Shown here one piece after another: positions 13,741-27,978 of a stretch of 64,000 nucleotides of DNA (position 1 is the stretch's first letter; every line of letters starts with the position of its first letter). The stretch covers positions 1,178,001-1,242,000 of the forward strand of contig NC_043008.1 in the NCBI RefSeq assembly GCF_006345805.1, written 5' to 3'. The position numbers were made by a program, and so were the translations under genes. The notes under the pieces are model-generated. The model saw only the letters and a list, made by a program, of their open reading frames with translations. It was not told the origin of the DNA and did no database searches. This DNA comes from Octopus sinensis. Lineage: Eukaryota.

Positions 13741-15451
13741 CAATAAACGTGCAACAATTCTTATAATGGAAACTATTGAAATTGCCGGTGAAATCTATAA
13801 TAAAGGATGTATTTAGATAAAATCTACATTCCCTGGAGATTTTAATATAATAAAATGATCAAGAACGAGATACATGAAGAAATATCGGAGTTGTTTTGTT
13901 GTGAAATGGAAAATATCCTGCTGTCTGTTCGGACGAAAGTTTTATGTGATGTACGAAGAATACTTCAAAATGAAAGATTGCCTGAAGTACGCACATTCTT
14001 TATCAACATTATTTCTAAACATATTGTGAGAAAAACTCAATATCTATAACCAGTGGCAAGCTCAACAAAACAACTGTGTAGGAAAGTTCTACGAAGTAAC
14101 ATCATTTAATTCAGATTACAGAAATTAGAGATTTGACCTCTGGGAATGTTGAATCACACTGATATCAACACAAACATTCACTACCCACATATATATATAC
14201 ATACACACTATGAGTTCTAAAGGTAGATTTCATGTATGTGTATATATGTGTGAATATGTGTGTATATATTTAGTTACACAAATGAAGTAGCGTAAATAGT
14301 TAACGGAAAATACAATAACTTCAAATATATAACGAGAGTTTATAAATTGGCATATGACTATTGGAATAAAGAAATCGTCGGCGATATGATCGATCACTGA
14401 ACATAGAAGATAAATAGGTTATTATATTATCGACTGTGGGAAAAGGCAATGAATTCAAAACAGCAGCTATATTTGGTCCCAGGACTTCAAAGATCGCATC
14501 TAAATACCAAAAGGTAAATTCTTAAGTCCTTCTTGGGATTTCACATCGTCAGCGCACTTTTGAATTGTAATTTGATCTCGAAAATAGCTGCACAACTTAA
14601 GGTGAATTTATAGTCGACAAAGATTGACTCCAGTATAAGTTATTTATTTGAAAGCCCCACAGCTTCGATGGGTTTTGAATTAACAATTGAAAGGGATGCA
14701 ATAGAATAACGTAATGCATATTGTTAAACGCCTTACAGATATAAGAAATAATAACAGTATTGTTTTATAAATCTGTATGATTCTTAAGATTATAGGGAAG
14801 ATAATGTACATAGTGATAATGCTGGTGAAGATAAGGATGATAATGATGATGGTGATGGCAATGATGATGGTGATGACGACTGAGGGAGTAGAGTAAGTGA
14901 TAATTCTGTGGTTAACAAATTTCACAAAGTCTGACTTATACTTCCAGAAAAATCAGTTCTGCAGATTTTTTCAACATGATAATATTACCAAGTCTGCGAG
15001 TTTAAACGGATTATATGTGATGAAAACATGTAAGGCCAACCGTCTGTCATAAGACTCGTTCCTAATCATGGTTATCATCGTTGTCTACACTGACTTCGAA
15101 ATTAAAACAAGACATTGTCAAAAATGTAATAACCAAAGCAAATATCATAAATAGAATCTTTATGCTATTATAGACACCTTCGTCCTTTCTCATTCCACGA
15201 AAATAAAACCAAAACAAGTCATTTCGAAAGAAGTAGAGAAATTGTTAACGTATAAGTATTTTGAGAATGGAAGTAGATGAGTTAAAAGCAAATATAAAGG
15301 GAGGATTTTATATGTTTAAGTAATGCGAATGAAAGTCTGAAAACGATTTACAGCGCCACAAGATCTTACATGCAATCCAAATGAACAAATATAGATATAA
15401 ACTTAAAATTCAAGAGAAAGCACATATAGTTCGCAATGTATCATCTCGATA

Positions 15452-15510
15452 AAGCGGCGAGCTGGCAGAAGCGTTAGCACGCCGGTCGAAATGCGTAGCC
15501 GTATTTTTGA
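15452..15510 (+). mobile_element. SINE family A 5' head only
   Basis: aagcggcgagctggcagaagcgttagcacgccggtcgaaatgcgtagccgtattt, homologous to heads at 29099 (-) and 37594 (+). Confidence 0.75.
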
Positions 15511-18261
15511 CAAAGATGGTTTAAACATACGCCATAGAATGTGTCTGAGAAAGAAAAAAAACAAAAAACTGCTATAGTATGGGACGTTCTGTTCCACAGA
15601 GGCTATTGTTGAAAATGGATGAGGAAATAGTATCGATGTATTAGAGATATCAAACTCAAAAGCCTTTAACATAATTCACAACCAAACGGACAAACTATTT
15701 TAATAATACTAAAATGGAAATAGAGTTTACAAGATTGCGAGAACTATAAACGGAAGCCATTTTTATAGGATTCGCCGCTTTGTATAATATTAAACAAGGT
15801 TCATACAAATATATAACCAAAACCCGAGAAAGTAGGCATGTTTAAAACATACGGACAATCGTGCATCTGTGTATTGTTTACGTATTTCGGAGATTATTTC
15901 CCAATAGAATGGGAAAATAACCCAATGCAAAACAAAACAGTTCATGACCCTAAAGCGTATTCAGTTGCAATCGTTTGCTCAATGAATGCATTCAATAAAA
16001 GTAAGACTAACAAATAATGGCGATGATGCAACAAATACTAATTCATTTCATTTTTTTCCACAAGAATTTTGGATGAAAGGGGCATCGTAAATCAAGTTAC
16101 ACAAGATGTGAGAGTTTACAAGGAAAATCCAATGAAACACACATCAACGTCATATAAATTTAAACGTTGCAAATAAGCAATGATATATAAGATTGATTCA
16201 TTCGAACATCTAACCAGAATCAGTTAAATAACTATAAGGATCGTAGAACATTTTCTGCATAGAAGGAGAGTATTCTCTCCCAAAAGTAATTCTCTAGCCT
16301 GCAGGTAATATGAGAGTAAGCTCCTCCAGGCTTACTATATTCGTCAATGTCATCCAACTTTTCACATTTTCACGAGGCTGATTCTTTACAAGGATCAACC
16401 TCGTTTACAAGTCCAGTTTAATAAAATTCGATAAAGACATGACAGAAAAGGTAGGTTTTTTAATCAGTTCTTTCAGCTTCACCCACTATTCAGCCTATTT
16501 TGCCAAAGACAACAGATGAGTAAACTGCTTCTGTTTTATTTGGCGTAAAGAGCCCACAGTTTTATCTTCACGAATGGTTGCATCCATCCAGCATGTAACA
16601 GCAAAGGTTTGACAGAACTCTACAAGTTAGTAATTCTCGGACACAGAAGAAACGTATGTATGACGCAGTTCGGTATACGTCTCGTGTAAGCAGCTCTTAG
16701 CGTGTGCAGATATTAGCCAAAAGCGTTATGGTCCTGCGGTAGCAAACAATGTAAAAAATGGTTGAGATTATCAACGTTCCTGTTTTGAATGTTATCCAGA
16801 ACAGACCAGCCAGCTGATTCTAGTGAACTCCGAGATCGTATACCTGAACATCGTTGCTATCCTACATTACTAGCCATCTACAGATTGCCCGTCATAAACT
16901 TAAACCGACTAAATTGCTCGACGTTTACTGGTCTGTGAACGCCTAAACAATTTGCAGATGCGTAGAGCCCAGTCTCTCTTTTACGCTTGAGTTTGATCTA
17001 AAAATCCACTGCAGACACAATAAGAGGTTCTAACTAGTAGTAAGCATACCTTGCAAAAGAAGCTGAAGAGCAGATAGGGCAGGGCAGGACGATGAAGCAT
17101 TAAATAATGACAAAGACAATGTGATCGTTGAGATTTTCTGCCCGATTTTTTGAGAGGTCTGTCAACAACGAAAATCCTTTCTTCAATTCTATTTTACGGC
17201 ATTTATCTCTGACCAGCTCAATTAAGATCAAATTTGGCGTTATTGCTTGTAAAATGTTTTGATTAGCATAGAAAGCAAATTAATTAGGTGTTTAAGGTGT
17301 TTAGCTTAGAATATTTTTAAATATTATAATTACACATATTTGATAGACGAACATAACATGCAAATTGAAAGGCTACAAAACAGATTTAAAGCTAGTCCGA
17401 CTATAGCCGAATACGATGTCGATGTCACCAACGAGCACGTTGCGTCTTGATGTTTTAAAACGTTGCTTATAAAATTTAATATCCCTTAAAATGTTTGTTC
17501 GCACATATTGTGCGCCTGAATGATATACATCGCATACAATGAAATCGATGGAGCATAATACATATATGAAAACACATATATACAAGCTAATCACTAATCA
17601 AAGTTTTAGATTTAAGAATCTGGCATATTGCAGGCTATATACCGCTTTTATCTTACCGGCAACATTTAAGGCAGAGAAAGACATACAACCTATATTTTTG
17701 CCTGGTTTAATATTCATATTAACTATAGATAAATTATAGACCAACGCATATGAATATTTGATGGAGAGTATGACGGAGAATATTAAATGTATGCTTATTA
17801 AACAATAGCATAGGGACTGACGTGCATTCGTAAATAGAGACTGGTGTATATATTATATACGAACCTGACATGAAATTATTTACCTGGTATATATCTTTAC
17901 GTAAAGCTATGGTATTTCAGATTTTCATCGTGTGCTGAATCATTCTTTTTAATAATGCCACTTTAAGAAAGTGAAACAGCAAATGTTGAAATCGTGATAT
18001 AAGATAATGAAAAAGTGGATTATATTTCCTTAGAAAAATTTTGTTCAAATTAAGTTTTCATAACAGATCCTTTCTTAAATAGCACGTCTTAAGAAATCAA
18101 TACGATAAAAACGAAAGCAAATAAATAGTGATATACATAAATATATTTATGAATGAATGGGTATATTTAGGAATATATATATATATATATACATATCTAT
18201 ATATATATCTATAACTATCTATCTATATAAATATAGATATAGATATACATATACATATGTA

Positions 18262-18359
<98 letters not shown>

Positions 18360-18781
18360 GTATATATGCATGTATGTACATATATATATCTAGTAATACA
18401 TATGTATTTTCCTGCACATAGCAATACAATCACGCGCGTACCCGACTTAGACATGCATGTTCACATGCACATGAGTATTATGAATAGTTTCTCACATATG
18501 TATATATATATGCATGCGTGTGTATGTGCGTGTGCATGTGTGTATACTCTCACACGCGCTTGTTCATACACATACGCATACACAGACGCTCACCCATATA
18601 CACGCATGCACATGCACTCATTATTGCTACATATACAAAAATGATTGCGTGCACACACTTTCAGCCAGGCCCCTTTTGTCTCCCTCAGTTTTGAACCATG
18701 TGCATATATATGAGTGTAAGTTTTTATATGCGTGCGCGTTACTGTATGTGTATGTGCATCTAAGTAAGCGTATATATTTGT

Positions 18782-18975
18782 GAAGGCAAGTGGGTTAGTG
18801 GTTAGGGTGTTGCACTCTTTAGAATAGCACTTCGTTTCACATTATTCCACCCCTAATCCTGGTAAAAATAAATCATCCTGCGACAGATCGGCGTCCTATC
18901 CAAAAGCTACAACATGTCGTAAATTCGAAAAAACGAGTCTGATGAATCTATGGCTCGGGAAAGACATCTTATTCT
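18782..18975 (+). mobile_element. Degenerate tRNA-headed SINE (third family)
   Basis: A-box-like ggttagtggttagggtgttgcactc, followed by ctgcgacagatcggcgtcctatcca and a 3' gactttt-like end. Confidence 0.4.
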
Positions 18976-19008
18976 TTTGACATGTGTGAATGTTTGTGTG
19001 TTTCTGTA

Positions 19009-19043
<35 letters not shown>

Positions 19044-19189
19044 GTTTGTGTGTATGTATCCCTTTAATTGTCAGTTATGTTCTATATGTATTTATGAGAA
19101 AGACTAGATGAAATAGTGCATTTATCGACTGTTATTATATTAAATATAGAGATATAAATTTAGTTATCATTTTCAGTTTACTTGCGTGA

Positions 19190-19953
19190 CATCGGACAAA
19201 TCAACAAATTAGGTCAATGAGGTCCTCACAAATTTCCCGAGTCTTAGAGAGTGAATGTGTGCTCTTCGTTACTGTCACATTATTTTGACCGAATAGTGAC
19301 CGGTAACGAGAAATAGGTTCCCTAGAAAAATCTCAAGCGCAGAAGACATTGTGTAGGGAAATGAGAAACACCGGCACTTCAGACTAAAGAGGGTCTTCAC
19401 CCCATTAAGGGGTTGTTATCTTTTTACAGGGATATGAAGGGTTTAGTCGACTTTGAACCCAAACCAAACAATAACAAACGAGCTCTACTGCGAGCAGCTT
19501 GACCAGCTTAAGTATGCGCTAGAAGAAAAACGACCATCTTTAGTTTCAAGACGAAAAGTATTCTTCCACCAGGATATAATATATCGGCCACATATAGAAA
19601 GTATAGCATTCCAAAGCCTGGTACAGTTTCAATGGGAAATTATTGCCCCGCCTACCATCTTGCCATATTCGGCGGAGATTGCCCTACCTGATTATGATTT
19701 ATTCCGCAGTCTTCAAATCACTCAGACGGAAAAAAATGAATTCTGTAGACGAGGTGAGAACAGTATCGGTAGAGTATTTTTCGTCACAGACAAGAGAGTT
19801 TTGGGAGAGGTGCCTTTCAAATCCAGCAGATAGATGGAAGAGCTTTGTAGAAAATGACACAGAGTATACTTGAGATTAAGAAAGAAATTCGATTATCTTA
19901 TTTTTGAAAATGAATTGAGTAATATAAACCGCATTATTTATTGGATGTCCCGA
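19190..19953 (+). mobile_element. 5'-truncated mariner transposon (DD34D) with right TIR
   Basis: RIVTGNEK, NQTITNELYCEQLDQLKYALEEKRPSLVSRRKVFFHQD, PYSAEIALPDYDLFRSLQ. Ends in cgcattatttattggatgtcccga followed by TA. Confidence 0.9.
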
Positions 19954-20044
19954 TATATGTGGAAGACATATTTGATTAGATTATTATTCTAATATATAAG
20001 AATGAAATTATATTATTTCGTTTTGGATTTGGTCTGCAAGATTC

Positions 20045-20175
20045 TTTATAAGAGTTCGTGTGTTGAAGCATATTCTGTTATTTTAGGAAAATAAAAATAA
20101 GAACTAAGTGGAAATTTTTACCGGTGAGTGTTATATTATGAGGCACAACAAGTAAATGACTCTCCCCAGATGCAA
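20045..20175. mobile_element. Deleted member of the foldback MITE family seen at 38419-38607
   Basis: gtggaaattttttaccggtgagtgttatattatgaggcac...aatgactctccccagatgcaac matches the right arm at 38530-38607; gttcgtgtgttgaagcatattctgtt matches 38396-38424. Confidence 0.55.
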
Positions 20176-21204
20176 CAAAATTATTTTAAAAAGTCATTTA
20201 TTAAATTTGGTAGTTGCACACTAATATTATATGTCCTTGTATACATACATATGGAACTACAACTCCTCTCTTGTTTGTAATGTTTGTGCATTGTATCTGT
20301 AGAGAAATTACTGTCTCCAAAGAAATGAAGAACCTCAAAGGCAAACACAAACGAAGTTTTCAGCAGGGCGGGTTTTTCAATGAATTTAACAATGCTGTTT
20401 ATCCTGATGCAAACATTTTATCATTCAATTAATGAGAATCATTGAGACAATGACAGTCTGCATCACAATGCGAAGAAGTCTCAATAATTAACCATCAATT
20501 AAGCTGAAAGCTACATGTTAATTTATTCCGAGGATAGCACATGACTCACTGAGTTCAGTGACTTCAGCCTGTTTGTATTTATGTTGGTGACTAAGAAACA
20601 TTTACTGACAAGCAAAGGATAAAACTTGGTTGTCTTTAAGAAGTTTCAAAGTATGTTGAAATCAAATATTTCACAACTAATAACGCTGGTCTTCATAATG
20701 ATGCAGGAGACCGCATTTTTGGTACAAGTAACCAAAACCTGGTATATAATGGAGTGAGAGGTCACTTTGTCGTTGTATATAGATCGAATCTCCAACTAGT
20801 TAACAAGGGATCTCTCCTCGACTATGTAAACTTCATATAATCATGGTACTTTGGCCTGAAGTGTAGCTTGCGACGGACACTTCGTTTAGAGAATTTACTA
20901 CTTCCGAGGTTCCTATAACTATGAAACATATGTAGCCTGCTTTTATCTACTCCATTTGCAAAATTTTTGAATGTTTATTAGCATATACATCAACGTCTGT
21001 TCTTAACCGGGAACTATGAAATTACTGTTTATCAGATTCTCTTATTTTAGTTATGCGTAAAATTCAAAAACTTCAGCGCAAACAAACCAACATTGCTCCT
21101 CAAAATTGAGGGATTGCTTTAAGCTTGAACTTCCTACACCTTGATACTTCAATCTTACCTTTACACACAAACACACACACACACACGCACACACACACAC
21201 ACAC

Positions 21205-21345
21205 ATTTATCAACTGGAATACTTCTTTTCTTATTTTCTTTCATAATAGCATGTTGTATCCCATCTCCTTCGTTTACCCCCAGGAACTGATAGCTCTTTT
21301 GTGGATCAAGCTCTTTGACGTTTGTGTCGGTATATAATTTAATGT
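21205..21345 (-). mobile_element. R4/Dong-type non-LTR retrotransposon RT fragment
   Basis: IKLYTDTNVKELDPQKSYQFLGVNEGDGIQHAIMKE (cf. xKYLGV box). Preceded on its 5' side by (AAT)n/(AAG)n. Confidence 0.75.
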
Positions 21346-21416
21346 TATTATTATTATCAATACTATTCTCTTCTTCTTTTTTTTTCTTTCTTCTTCTCTT
21401 CTTCTTCTTCTTCTTC

Positions 21417-21472
<56 letters not shown>

Positions 21473-21850
21473 TTCCTTCTTTCTTAAAATTTTCTTCAGT
21501 TTCTCACCGAGTGTTTTCTGTACCCCTAGGGTAAAGAAGCTCATTGTATGCATTCCCAGATTACACAACGCAAAATCACATGTAAAATATGTATTTAAGA
21601 AATTAATATATAAATAAATTCATGAATGGATGTTGTTTTCACAGCCATAATGATCTTCTCAGTACATGAGCCGTTCCAGTTAACACGATTTTTTGCACTT
21701 CCTGTAGGGATGGTAAGCCTGGTATCATTTTCAAATATGTTTCAATACCTTTTTTTATCATTCCTGGAGATCCTACAATCACTGGTACTGTAGTCGCCTT
21801 GAGATGCCACATTTTTTCAATTTCTATTTATTATTATTATACGAATTGAA

Positions 21851-22250
21851 GAAATGAGTACCAGTTGAGCACTGGGGTCGATGTAATCAACCGTTCCGTT
21901 TTCCCCAAATTTCAGACCTTGTGTCCCTTGTGGAAAGGATCATAATAAATGTTGCTGTTGTTATTACTTCTACTATTATTGATATTATTAGTAATACTAC
22001 ACCTATTATCATTACTATTATCAATATTAGTAAATCGAGAGGGTAAGCTTCTTTAACACGTCCGGCAAAATGCTTATTGACATTCGGTTCGTCTTTAGAT
22101 TCAGAGATCAAATTCCGCCGAGGCCGACCTAGCATTTTATCATTTCAGTGTCAATGAAGTACCAGTAGAACATTGGAGTTGATGTAATTAACGATCCCCT
22201 TTCCTTAGAATTTGAGCCCTTGTGCCTATAGCAAAAACGATTATTATCAA
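21851..22250 (+). mobile_element. Two SINE family A copies (3' half at 21851-21945; degenerate full copy at about 22030-22250)
   Basis: agtaccagttgagcactggggtcgatgtaatc...ccttgtgtcc; caaattccgccgaggccgacc...cccttgtgcctatagc. Confidence 0.75.
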
Positions 22251-23196
22251 TAATATATCGTTTTGTGTCCTTTCTCATCTTCTGTGGCCTCGCCTCTCTG
22301 TATCTGTCAATATCTGTTGGAAACTTACAGTTTCATGATTAAGAAGCTGAAATTTCGTGCAGAAATTGTAAGTCGTAATACCATGTTTTTTCAAATATGT
22401 TTCTAATTAGAGATTTCTCTATAAACAACTGTCACCAGTTTTCAATAGAAAGTCCCGGAAAGAAAGGTGTTTTTAATTCTACGAACAATGAGGCCTCCCA
22501 TAATGATAACAGCGAACGAATATACGAGAGAACCAAACATTGTTGCGTGACTGCTTTAATTAGTCTTGGCTTTACAAGACTTGCAAGATATTACACATAA
22601 AAGTATGTATATATGCATGTATGTATATATAAGCATGCAGCTATATATGCATGCACGGTAGCAAATACATGTATTTATACATAAATAAACATATGCATAT
22701 ACCTACACACACACACACATATATATATACATACACATACACATACATACACACACACATGTACATATAGGGTTTTCTTTCTCATTTCTTTCAAGACAGT
22801 CCTTTAGAATGTAAGAGATTTTGCTCCAATGAATTTTAATTCATTCAAAAGATTGATATGCACATATGCGACGGTGTATGTCTGGATACGTATACACATA
22901 GTGACATAAACATACAAAATACACACATGCAAGCACACTGATATACACACGCACTCGGGCGCTCATATGTAATAAAGGAAAAGCAAGTGTTGATATTTTG
23001 AATGCATTTAATACACGTGTTACAAGTAATTAGTTAAGAAAAAATTCCTCTTACACAACAACTACGAAAGTTTAACACTGAAATATCGTGCAATATCTTA
23101 GTTGATGAAGGTTGTATGTAAGACAATATTTTCTTCATACATAATTGCATGAAACACGTGTAAGAAATGCATTCAAATATCAACATTCGTGTTTTC

Positions 23197-23228
<32 letters not shown>

Positions 23229-23406
23229 CATTATTATTATTACTATTATTATTATATAACATGAACCCATACGATGAAAAACTAAATTAACTTTGTTTCA
23301 TTTAGACTATTTTTGGTGCAAGGGTGTGGTGTGGACAGTTTAAATGGACACGAGTAAAATAATGCTGCTAAAGTGTATCACATCACAGCAAACACGCAAT
23401 ATATAT

Positions 23407-23454
<48 letters not shown>

Positions 23455-23686
23455 TATATATAAATTTAAAATAATAAGGGTAAAACTTGAATATTAATTT
23501 CATTAATATCAACTGAAAACCAGACAATAAGGTAGAAGGTTAGATTGTGGTAGAGAACATATGTGTGTGTGCATGTGTGTGTGTGCGCGCGTGTGCCTGT
23601 GCATGTGGAGTGTGTCCAGGCGTTTAATACTTATAGGAAGTGCGGTGTCATGTGTTTTGATGATTATGCATTTATATGTAACTTTA

Positions 23687-24400
23687 TACGACAGTGGGTT
23701 TAAAAGTTTATAGGATGAGATGTGAAATTCTCCGTACATTGTTTCTTTCAACGGAAACTGATATCTCACAGTCAGGAAAAAAAAACCCTTCAAAATGAAT
23801 CAGTAGCGACATCTCTTCAAAATGGAGAGTATTTGGCATCTTGAAATTATTAACTACCTTCTGAAAAAGGGTAAGCCCCAAGTGGCATTCATGCTGACAT
23901 GGTAGCTACAGTAGGTGATGACGCTCTAGTTTTATCACTAATGCTAACAGTGGACGATTGAAGTTGGTGGGGGAAGAGAGTCTTGCAGCTCCCACTTCAG
24001 AGGAAAAACATCTCATCCTGACCACATACTGATGGATGACAGGCGCTTGACTATAAATCAAACAGCCAACAGTATTATGATATTTCGTGTGAAAGTTGAG
24101 AATATTCTGCACAATAAAGTTGCCATGACTAAGGATTCTATTCTGTGTATGTCACGTCTTCTGACAGCTGAACAGAAGTCCACCATGTCTGATCATACCA
24201 CGGGCAAATCTGATAATGTTCGAGGCTAATTAAGTTGATTTCTTTTAACATTTCCTAACCCAGGATGAGTGTTGGCTTAATCACTTTGAGCCAGAGACAA
24301 AGAAACAATCCATGCAGTTTTAAGAACCGTAGTCACCTGCTCCAAGGAACGCAGAGGAAATCTCTTGTACAGGGAAGGTACTTGATTGCGGAAAATGGTT
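23687..24400 (+). mobile_element. Degenerate mariner, same family as 6880-7805 (left TIR retained)
   Basis: TIR-like tacgacagtgggtttaaaagtttatagg; MDDRRLTINQTAN...VENILHNK..M...SRLLTAEQK; FLTQDECWLNHFEPETKKQSMQ (first catalytic D). Shares gcgacatctcttcaaaatgg with 6903. Confidence 0.85.
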
Positions 24401-25300
24401 TATTCGTAAAATAGTTCAGAAAACTGGTATAGATTTGATGCTGCTTGTCACAAGCTGATGTATTATTAAGAATATGGACGATCACGTCCTTTTAAGTATT
24501 AACCATTCTATCTTTTTAGTGTGTATCAGAACAATAATATCAATAGGGTGAGAATTGAGCGAGGTTTTATGGAACGCCTTGCAGTGGTGATCAAAAGAAA
24601 ACTCCCAAAACCATTTGTTTTTATTTTTTCCGTTGCTCCTGTTGTAGTTGTTGATCACGTGGTTATAGTAGTTGTTAGCGTCTTTGTTCTTGGTGTCGTA
24701 ATTTTATAATCTCGGCTGAGCTTCTATCACACAACTGTTTAATCAAAAGTAACCCAGATTTTTTTCAAGCCTCTATTTCTACGGATGCGTAAATCTATAG
24801 CCAATACGTCGTTCTTTGGTGTATTAATTAATTAATTAATTCATTCATTCATTCATTCTTAATTTCATTTATTTATTTATGCATTTATTAGGAAACTCTA
24901 TGATTTCAATGAGACTTGACTACTATATCTACCAGGTCGGACGAACGCATAGAATCTTCCTCGCTGGTCGGTATATGAACATGATTAATTCAATAGACTT
25001 TATGCAACTAGACTTTAAAAATCGAGCCTTATTCCATGATACAAATATTACGCAACAATTCTATAGTACTAAGTGCATTTTCTCTGAAAAAAACCCAAAT
25101 GATAATGGTCGAACATAAAAGTAAGTTTGCAATAGAAGATAGTGTTATTAAAGATTCTAGAAGCTCACAATTCATTCCATTAAGTAATGTTGTTTCGAGC
25201 TGATGAAAATATAACAGAAACTGTAAGCACGACTCGGGAAATATTACTAAATACATAGATACAAAGACGATTACAGTCATATGTCTGACTTTATTCATAC

Positions 25301-25382
<82 letters not shown>

Positions 25383-26079
25383 CATATGTATATATCTACA
25401 TATATATATATATATGTATATATGTATAAATATATATATATATATATATGTATATACACATGAATGTTATGTTTGATGGTTTTTGCGTATGTCTGTATAT
25501 ATGCATCTATATGCATGTCTGTGTATGTACACACACACAAACATACACACACACACACACATATATATATAGGTGTATATGTCTGTGTGTGCATGTGTAT
25601 GTACGAATGAATGTACATCTGTAATCTCTCGTATGTTGTTACATAACGTGTGTTTACAAAATGTCAGTATAATGGAGTAATGGATTGGCGGGAAGACCAA
25701 AATCCTCTTACAATACTTTCGTCCGGTTTTGATTGAAGTTCCAGAATCTTGTGCCAACTTTTCCTTTAAACACCATCACAAACACGACACGATTTCTGAG
25801 CACTATCACTTGTGTACCGTCTTCCATTTAGTCCACAAGAATTTATATAATTACTATTATTATTAGGTGTGTAATATATATTTTTATTCACAGATAGGGG
25901 TTGAGATACATTTAAATCCTCATTGATTTCATGTATTCAATGCTGGTTAACCCCCGTTTATTCCTGACAGAAGGCAGTCCTATAATAAAGTAGAATCCAG
26001 CTGTAATTATCTCAATAAATATAGATCGATATTCACGAGTATGTTTTCATTTGCTTTTTCTATTAAGATTATAGGGCCC

Positions 26080-26480
26080 AGTTCCGCCGAGGATAAATGC
26101 CCCGTAGGAGCCATCTCGTAGTATGAGATGAAAGACGGTGAGTTGGCTCTCACTTGACAGTGAAAGGCTGTCAGTTGACAACCAAAAATTATCTGAAACC
26201 CTGAATCAAAATTAGGGTGTCAGAGCTTAATGCAGCCGAGACATTCATAGATAGATGTTGTTGAGTTTCTTGTTATTGCCTTCGAGGTTGATGTTCTTTA
26301 TTCCAAGGGTTTCAGCTGTAAAATGCATCAATTACCATCAAAATTATTCATTTCATGAGAAGGCATCTTTTACACATTGTTTCCAATATTCAGCAAGACA
26401 CTTTGCTTGCTACAAAGTTCCCTGCATTTCTTGATAGGGAAGCAGATGTATAACATTCACAAACTGGCTAATTCACACAT
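26080..26480 (-). pseudogene. Decayed coding relic, family not recognised
   Basis: ECYTSASLSRNAGNFVASK/fs/KCLAEYWKQCVKDAFS*NE...AETLGIKNINLEGNNKKLNNIYL...NFDSGFQIIFGCQL. Complex, protein-like sequence with stops and frameshifts. Confidence 0.4.
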
Positions 26481-26539
26481 GCATTCAAGCATAACACACA
26501 CGGGATGAGGAAAAAAGAGGATCAAATCTACCTGTAAAT

Positions 26540-26630
26540 ATTCTTTGATTTCTTGTTTCAATCATTTGACTGCGGCCATGCTGGAGCACCGCCTTTAAAA
26601 ACGTAGACACTTTCATTATCCTCCTGTTTG

Positions 26631-26664
<34 letters not shown>

Positions 26665-26885
26665 CTGTATTGCTTTCAGGGGACTAAACATAAAGGAGAC
26701 AAACAAGAGCAGATAAAGGGATTAAGTCGATTGGTCATTAACCCCAGGGTGTAACTTGTACTTATTTAATCCACCCAGAAAGTAGGAAAGGCAAAGTCGA
26801 CTTCGGCGGAATTTGAACTCAGAACATATAGACGGATGCAAAGCATTTTGTCCGACGTGCTAAAGATACTGCCAGCACGCCGCAC
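26540..26885 (-). mobile_element. SINE with family A head/core, internal (TA)n and family-B-type tail
   Basis: Minus strand gcggcgtgctggcagtatc...gttctgagttcaaattccgccgaagtcgactttgcc at 26885-26790; tail aaaggcggtgctccagcatggccgcagtcaaatgattgaaacaag at 26598-26552. Confidence 0.8.
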
Positions 26886-26938
26886 TATACATACATACGT
26901 ACATACATACGTACATACATATACATACATACATATAT

Positions 26939-26989
<51 letters not shown>

Positions 26990-27005
26990 TGATAGATAGA
27001 TAGAT

Positions 27006-27080
<75 letters not shown>

Positions 27081-27835
27081 GGGTAGATAGACAGACAGAT
27101 AGTTACATATATACATACATACATACATACAAACATGCATACACAGATCGCACAGACACATACCCATACATACACACACATCATATGTATAAGTGAAATT
27201 TGTCACGTTTTGCGTTGGCCAAATTTGAATATATTTGCATATTTAGAAAGTGTAAGTTTTCTCACATTTCTAAGCGTATAAGTAGAATGCTTTTGCAATT
27301 TGGGACAAGTGCCACATTTGGTGAGGGAGTAAAATTTAATTTCATTGTTGCTTTATGAGAGCGAGTGCACAGCGGAGGTTGCCCATCAAGTAAATGCTGC
27401 GGGATAGGTAATACTTTAGAGAGGAAAGTTTATGGTGAGTGAGTGAGAGAGAGACACTGCGACTGCAGATGAGGGAAGAAAAGGAACGATTTTATAGAAG
27501 GCGTAATATGGAAATAGTTACCACTTCAAGTAAGAGAAATTTAATTTTTAGTTTTTCATGAATTTCTATATTTGTTCTTGTTTGTGTCATTGACCATGGT
27601 AAACAGTTTGACATTTGGCTTATTCATATTCTCTTTACTATAGACATAAACATATTTATCGTTGGAATCCAGCTGCTGGCTATTAAATATTCACATCCAG
27701 TCACACACATACAGCTGCCGACGAATAATAGCTACTTAAAGAGAAACAAATAGACCTCACCTCAAAAACGAATTTTTCTGATTATATTTTTTCACAGGGA
27801 TACACTAGCGAGTTTCCAGAATCTATTTCGTCTAA

Positions 27836-27924
<89 letters not shown>

Positions 27925-27941
27925 TGATGATGATGATGATG

Positions 27942-27978
<37 letters not shown>

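Noticed and set aside
16250-17250. Complex segment with faint resemblance to a NeSL/R2-type C-terminus (LLACADISQKRY, TKLLDVYWS)
   Set aside because: Too degenerate to assign by eye; needs a profile search.
25197-25228. CTGATGA...GAAAC on the plus strand
   Set aside because: The intervening AAATATAACA cannot form stem II and there is no stem I or III; a chance match.
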